Assembly: GCA_965648905.1 (NCBI GenBank)
Contig: CBFGIT010000046.1
Location: forward strand, 1-17,228
Direction of reading: 5' to 3'
Source: a candidate division WOR-3 bacterium
Lineage (GTDB): Bacteria > Hydrothermota > Tepidihabitantia > Tepidihabitantales > Tepidihabitantaceae
DNA: 17,228 bases
In this document: positions 13,807 to 17,228 of the stretch, piece after piece
How positions within the stretch are numbered: position 1 is the first letter of the stretch
How the letters are laid out: every line of letters starts with the position of its first letter
Position numbers and translations under genes: made by a program
The notes under the pieces: generated by a model
The model's input: the letters and a program-made list of their open reading frames with translations, nothing else
What the model was told of the DNA's origin: nothing
The model's database searches: none

Positions 13807-16800
13807 TCAGCGGTTGCTGCGCTCGCGGCGATTCTCGTCAAGCGCGGGTGGGCGCGGGATGAGCACAGAGCCCGCATCTGGATGAGACATGACCATGAAT
13901 GACCAGATGGCTTGTTGCAAGTTGGACCAGCCTACTTTGTTCCTTGCCCTGACGCGCCAGTAGTAGGTGGTGTCGTCAAGTTCGGCAACCGGCCGAATCG
14001 TATCTGCGAACGTGGAGTCGTCAAGGAAGAGGTCGGTGAAGCCTGAGTCCCGGGCAAGCTGAATCCAGTAGTGGCGGCACCAGATGCCGGCTCGCCAGAT
14101 AAGGTTGGTGTTGCTCGTGGTGATAACCGTGTCGTCGGGCGGGAACAGGCGGATGACCGTGTCGGGCAGTGAAGTGAGGACGCAGAACCAGCGGGGTGAG
14201 GTGCTCCAGTTGGACCAGCCGGCAAGGTTACGTGCTCGCACCCGCCAATAGGTCCGGGAGTAGTCTGGAAGGCTCTCAGCACGGGTCGTGTCGATGAGGA
14301 GCGAGTCGTTGACAAACGGTGAGCCGAATCCCGGGTCGTCGTCAAGTTGGAGCTGATAGCGGATGACATCGGTACCTTTGTGCCAGGCGAGTGCGACCGG
14401 GTTCGCTGTGACCGTGTCGCCTGGGGCCGGCAAGAGCAGGACAGGCGCAGGTGGAACCTGGGTGAGTATACGTACCGACCAAGCGCTTGCCTGCCAACTA
14501 CCCCAGCCTTTCTTGTTTTGGGCCCGAACCCGCCAGTACCAGGTCGTGTCGGTCAGGCCTGCAGTAAGCCGGGTGGTGTCGGTGATGATGGAGTCGCTCA
14601 AGTAGATGTCGGCGAAGAACGAGTCAACTGCGAGCTGGAGCCAGTACTTTCTAACCCAGGTTGCCGAGCGCCAGCCAAAGCGTACTGAATCGGTGGTCAC
14701 GGTTGTGTCGTCGGGCGGCTCAAGCCGGACGAGAGTCGGCGGGACGGTAGTCAAGACCGCGTAGCTGCGGACTGCGCTCCAACTCGACCAGCCGACCAGG
14801 TTGCGGGCAGCAACGCGCCAGTGAGTCACCGAGTAGTCAGGCCGGGAGTAAGGGAACGTCGTGTCGGTGAGGGTGGAGTCGTCGACAAGAACTGGACTGA
14901 AGCCCGGGTTGTCGGCGAGTTGGACCCGGTAGCGGGATGCGGTTGCGCTCGTGCGCCATGTCATCTGGACCGGGCTGGCAGTGAGTGTGTCGGCTTGAGC
15001 CGGCAGAACCAGGCCTGGAGCAGCCGGGACCTGGGTCTGGGTGTGGAATCGACGCAGTCCGGGCTGCCAGTTGCCCCAGCCTTTCTTGTTCTGGGCCCGA
15101 ACCCGCCAGTAGCAGGTGGTATCGAAGAGCGCGCCGGACAGCCGCTCGGTGTCAGCGAGTGCTGAGTCGCGGACGACAACGGTCGCGAACGTTGAGTCGT
15201 AACCGAGTTCGACCCAGTACTTGCGCGGCCAGGTGATTGACCGCCAGACCAGTTGGGTTGAGCTTGAGGTGATGGTCGTGTCTGGCGGCGGGTAGACCGG
15301 CTGACCCGGGTCAGGCAGCGTCGTCACGACCGCGTACCAGCGGGTTGAACTCCAGCTTGACCAGCCGGCAAGGTTGCGTGAGCGGACCCGCCAGTAGGTG
15401 ACCGAGTAGTCGGGCAGCGAGCGGCTGAAGGTTGTGTCGGTCAGGGTCGAGTCGTCAACGAACGGGTTAGAGAAGCCCGGGTTGTCGGCCAGTTGCACTC
15501 GATAGCGCAGGGCATTGTGCTGGGAACGCCAGACCATCAGAACCGGGTTGTCGGTGAGCGTGTCGCCGAGCGCGGGCAGGACGAGTACGGGTGGCCCGGG
15601 CGGCTGGGTCAGGAGTGTGAATCGACGCAGGGTGGTCTGCCAGTTGGACCAGCCTTTCTTGTTCCGGGCCCGGGTCCGCCAGTACCAGGTCGAGTCGGCC
15701 AGTGACCCGGTCAGCCGGAACGTGTCAGCCACAAGCGAGTCGTTGAGCGCGAGCGAACCGAACAGCGAATCGGCAGAGACCTGGACGTGGTAGGAGCGGA
15801 TCCAGTTGGCGCGGTTCCAGTAGAGCGTGGTCTGGGCCGCGACGATGGTCGTGTCGTGCGGCGGCCAGGTCCGAATGAGCACTGGCGGCACCGTGGTCAC
15901 GACGCCGAACGAACGACTCGAGCTCCAGTTGGACCAGCCCGCGGCATTTCTTGCCGCAACGCGCCACCAGGTGTACGAGTAGTCGGTCAGGCTGCGGCTG
16001 AACAGCGTTTCGGTCACGGTTGAGTCGTCGACAAACGGCGCGAGGAACGACGGGTTGTCGGCCAGTTGGATGCGGTACCGGGTCGCGGTTGCGCTCGTGC
16101 GCCAGTGCATGAGCACCGGGTTGTCGGTCAGGGTGTCGTCGTTGACCGGCAGTACCAGAACCGGGACCGGCGGAACCAGAGTCTGAACGCAAAGGCGCCA
16201 GCCCGAGCTTTGCCAAATGCCCCAGCCTTTGCGGTTCTGGGCTGAGACCCGCCAGTAGTAGGTCGTGTCCGCCAGTCCGGACACGAAACGCGCCGTGTCG
16301 GTTACTCCGGAGTCATTGACGTAGAACACCGTGAAGAGCGAATCGTAGGCCAGTTGGAACCAGTACTTGCGGGCCCAGGGCAGGCTGTGCCAGACAAAGG
16401 TCGGGCTCTGGGTTGCGACTGTGGTGTCATGCGGCGGCGAGATGCGGCTGACCGGACCTGGGACTGAAGTAACCACGCAGAACCAGCGCGGCGAAGCGCT
16501 CCAGTTACTCCAACCGGCAAGGTTGCGTGCCCGTACCCGCCAGTAGGTCATGGAGTAGTCTGGAAGGCTTTCGGCACGGACGGTGTCGGTGACGAGGGAG
16601 TCGTTGACAAACGGCGAGCCGAATCCCGGGTCGTCGTCCAGTTGGACCTGGTAGCGCAGGATACCGGCCATGCTGCGCCAGTACATCCGCACCGGGTTCG
16701 TGGTCAGGGTGTCGCCGGCTGCGGGCAGGGTCAGGGTTGGCGCGGGCGGCACGGTGGTGAGCACACGCAGAATCCACGCCTCGCCTTGCCACTGGCCCCA

Positions 16801-17228
16801 GCCGCGTTTGTTTTCGGCCCGCACCCGCCAGTAGTAGACAGTGTCGGACAATGAAGTAACCAGTCGCTGGGTAGTCGTGATGCTCGTATCGCGCAGGAAA
16901 ATGTGGCTGAACCCGGCATCGTAGGCGATTTCGAGCGCGTAGCGCCGGGCCCACTGGACCGGCAGCCACGTGAACAGGGCCTGGTTCGCGGTGATGGTTG
17001 TGTCGTGCGCTGGTGAAACCAGAGTCACCGGGCCGGGAACCTGGGTGACAACGCCGAACCAGCGCACCGGACTTGACCACGGGCCCCAGTCGAACAGGTT
17101 GCGCGCACACACCCGCCACCAGGTGATAGAGTAATCGGGCAGCGAGCGGAGGAAGTTGGTATCGGTCAGGGTTGAGTCGTCGGCGATGAGCGAGGTGAAA
17201 TCAGGGTCGCTGGCCAGTTGAATCCGGT
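13807..17228 (-). CDS. Large extracellular protein of tandem alternating fibronectin-type-III-like domains (5' partial; start lies beyond the window end)
   Basis: The frame stays open to the window edge (RIQLASDPDFTSLIADDSTLTDTNFLRSLPDYSITWWRVCARN...), so 17112 is not the true start. 11 complete and 1 partial ~95-aa units with pattern P..P.L..P....T......W.......Y..Q...D..F.......T......L.....YWRVRA.N..GW..W. Confidence 0.85.
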   Translation of the reverse strand, partial: RIQLASDPDFTSLIADDSTLTDTNFLRSLPDYSITWWRVCARNLFDWGPWSSPVRWFGVVTQVPGPVTLVSPAHDTTITANQALFTWLPVQWARRYALEIAYDAGFSHIFLRDTSITTTQRLVTSLSDTVYYWRVRAENKRGWGQWQGEAWILRVLTTVPPAPTLTLPAAGDTLTTNPVRMYWRSMAGILRYQVQLDDDPGFGSPFVNDSLVTDTVRAESLPDYSMTYWRVRARNLAGWSNWSASPRWFCVVTSVPGPVSRISPPHDTTVATQSPTFVWHSLPWARKYWFQLAYDSLFTVFYVNDSGVTDTARFVSGLADTTYYWRVSAQNRKGWGIWQSSGWRLCVQTLVPPVPVLVLPVNDDTLTDNPVLMHWRTSATATRYRIQLADNPSFLAPFVDDSTVTETLFSRSLTDYSYTWWRVAARNAAGWSNWSSSRSFGVVTTVPPVLIRTWPPHDTTIVAAQTTLYWNRANWIRSYHVQVSADSLFGSLALNDSLVADTFRLTGSLADSTWYWRTRARNKKGWSNWQTTLRRFTLLTQPPGPPVLVLPALGDTLTDNPVLMVWRSQHNALRYRVQLADNPGFSNPFVDDSTLTDTTFSRSLPDYSVTYWRVRSRNLAGWSSWSSTRWYAVVTTLPDPGQPVYPPPDTTITSSSTQLVWRSITWPRKYWVELGYDSTFATVVVRDSALADTERLSGALFDTTCYWRVRAQNKKGWGNWQPGLRRFHTQTQVPAAPGLVLPAQADTLTASPVQMTWRTSATASRYRVQLADNPGFSPVLVDDSTLTDTTFPYSRPDYSVTHWRVAARNLVGWSSWSAVRSYAVLTTVPPTLVRLEPPDDTTVTTDSVRFGWRSATWVRKYWLQLAVDSFFADIYLSDSIITDTTRLTAGLTDTTWYWRVRAQNKKGWGSWQASAWSVRILTQVPPAPVLLLPAPGDTVTANPVALAWHKGTDVIRYQLQLDDDPGFGSPFVNDSLLIDTTRAESLPDYSRTYWRVRARNLAGWSNWSTSPRWFCVLTSLPDTVIRLFPPDDTVITTSNTNLIWRAGIWCRHYWIQLARDSGFTDLFLDDSTFADTIRPVAELDDTTYYWRVRARNKVGWSNLQQAIWSFMVMSHPDAGSVLIPRPPALDENRRERSNR
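13890..17228 (-). repeat. Alternating A/B intragenic domain repeats (~574 nt per AB pair)
   Basis: A units: GDTLT.NPV.M.WR, QL(A/D)D(N/D)PGF, SLPDYS.TYWRV.ARNLAGWS.WS. B units: PP.DTT, W.RKYW.QL.YDS.F, L.DTT.YWRVRAQNKKGWG.WQ. Confidence 0.85.

Noticed and set aside
13807..17228. Repeated DNA words (e.g. ACCCGCCAGTA, CCAGCCTTTCTTGTT) as a CRISPR array or DGR template/variable repeat pair
   Set aside because: Spacing of ~287/574 nt follows protein domains. Differences are largely synonymous rather than adenine-specific, and no cas or reverse transcriptase gene is present.

Overview
GC-rich bacterial chromosomal window. The T9SS/FlgD-type C-terminal domain, CARDB-like repeats, D-(S/T)-x motif richness and TrmD 'GRYKG' suggest an FCB-group or related lineage such as candidate phylum WOR-3 (inference only). 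From left to right: (1) the left end and 5' part of an IS256-family element on the minus strand, whose transposase frame has an in-frame TAG and which is absent from the ORF track; (2) a sigma70-type promoter and a 1148-aa secreted protein (8-blade beta-propeller, 5 CARDB/Ig-like repeats, C-terminal sorting domain); (3) a tightly coupled plus-strand operon rpsP-khpA-trmD-rplS-rnhB-yraN-comM/yifB-nucleotide-sugar dehydrogenase, lacking rimM; (4) a convergent minus-strand operon glnA - phosphate butyryltransferase - RidA - secreted TPR-like protein - hydrogenase maturation protease; (5) the 3' ~3.4 kb of a large minus-strand gene made of strictly alternating A/B fibronectin-III-like domains, with WSxWS motifs, a higher-order 8-domain periodicity and dense candidate O-glycosylation motifs. 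No RNA genes or CRISPR arrays were recognised.
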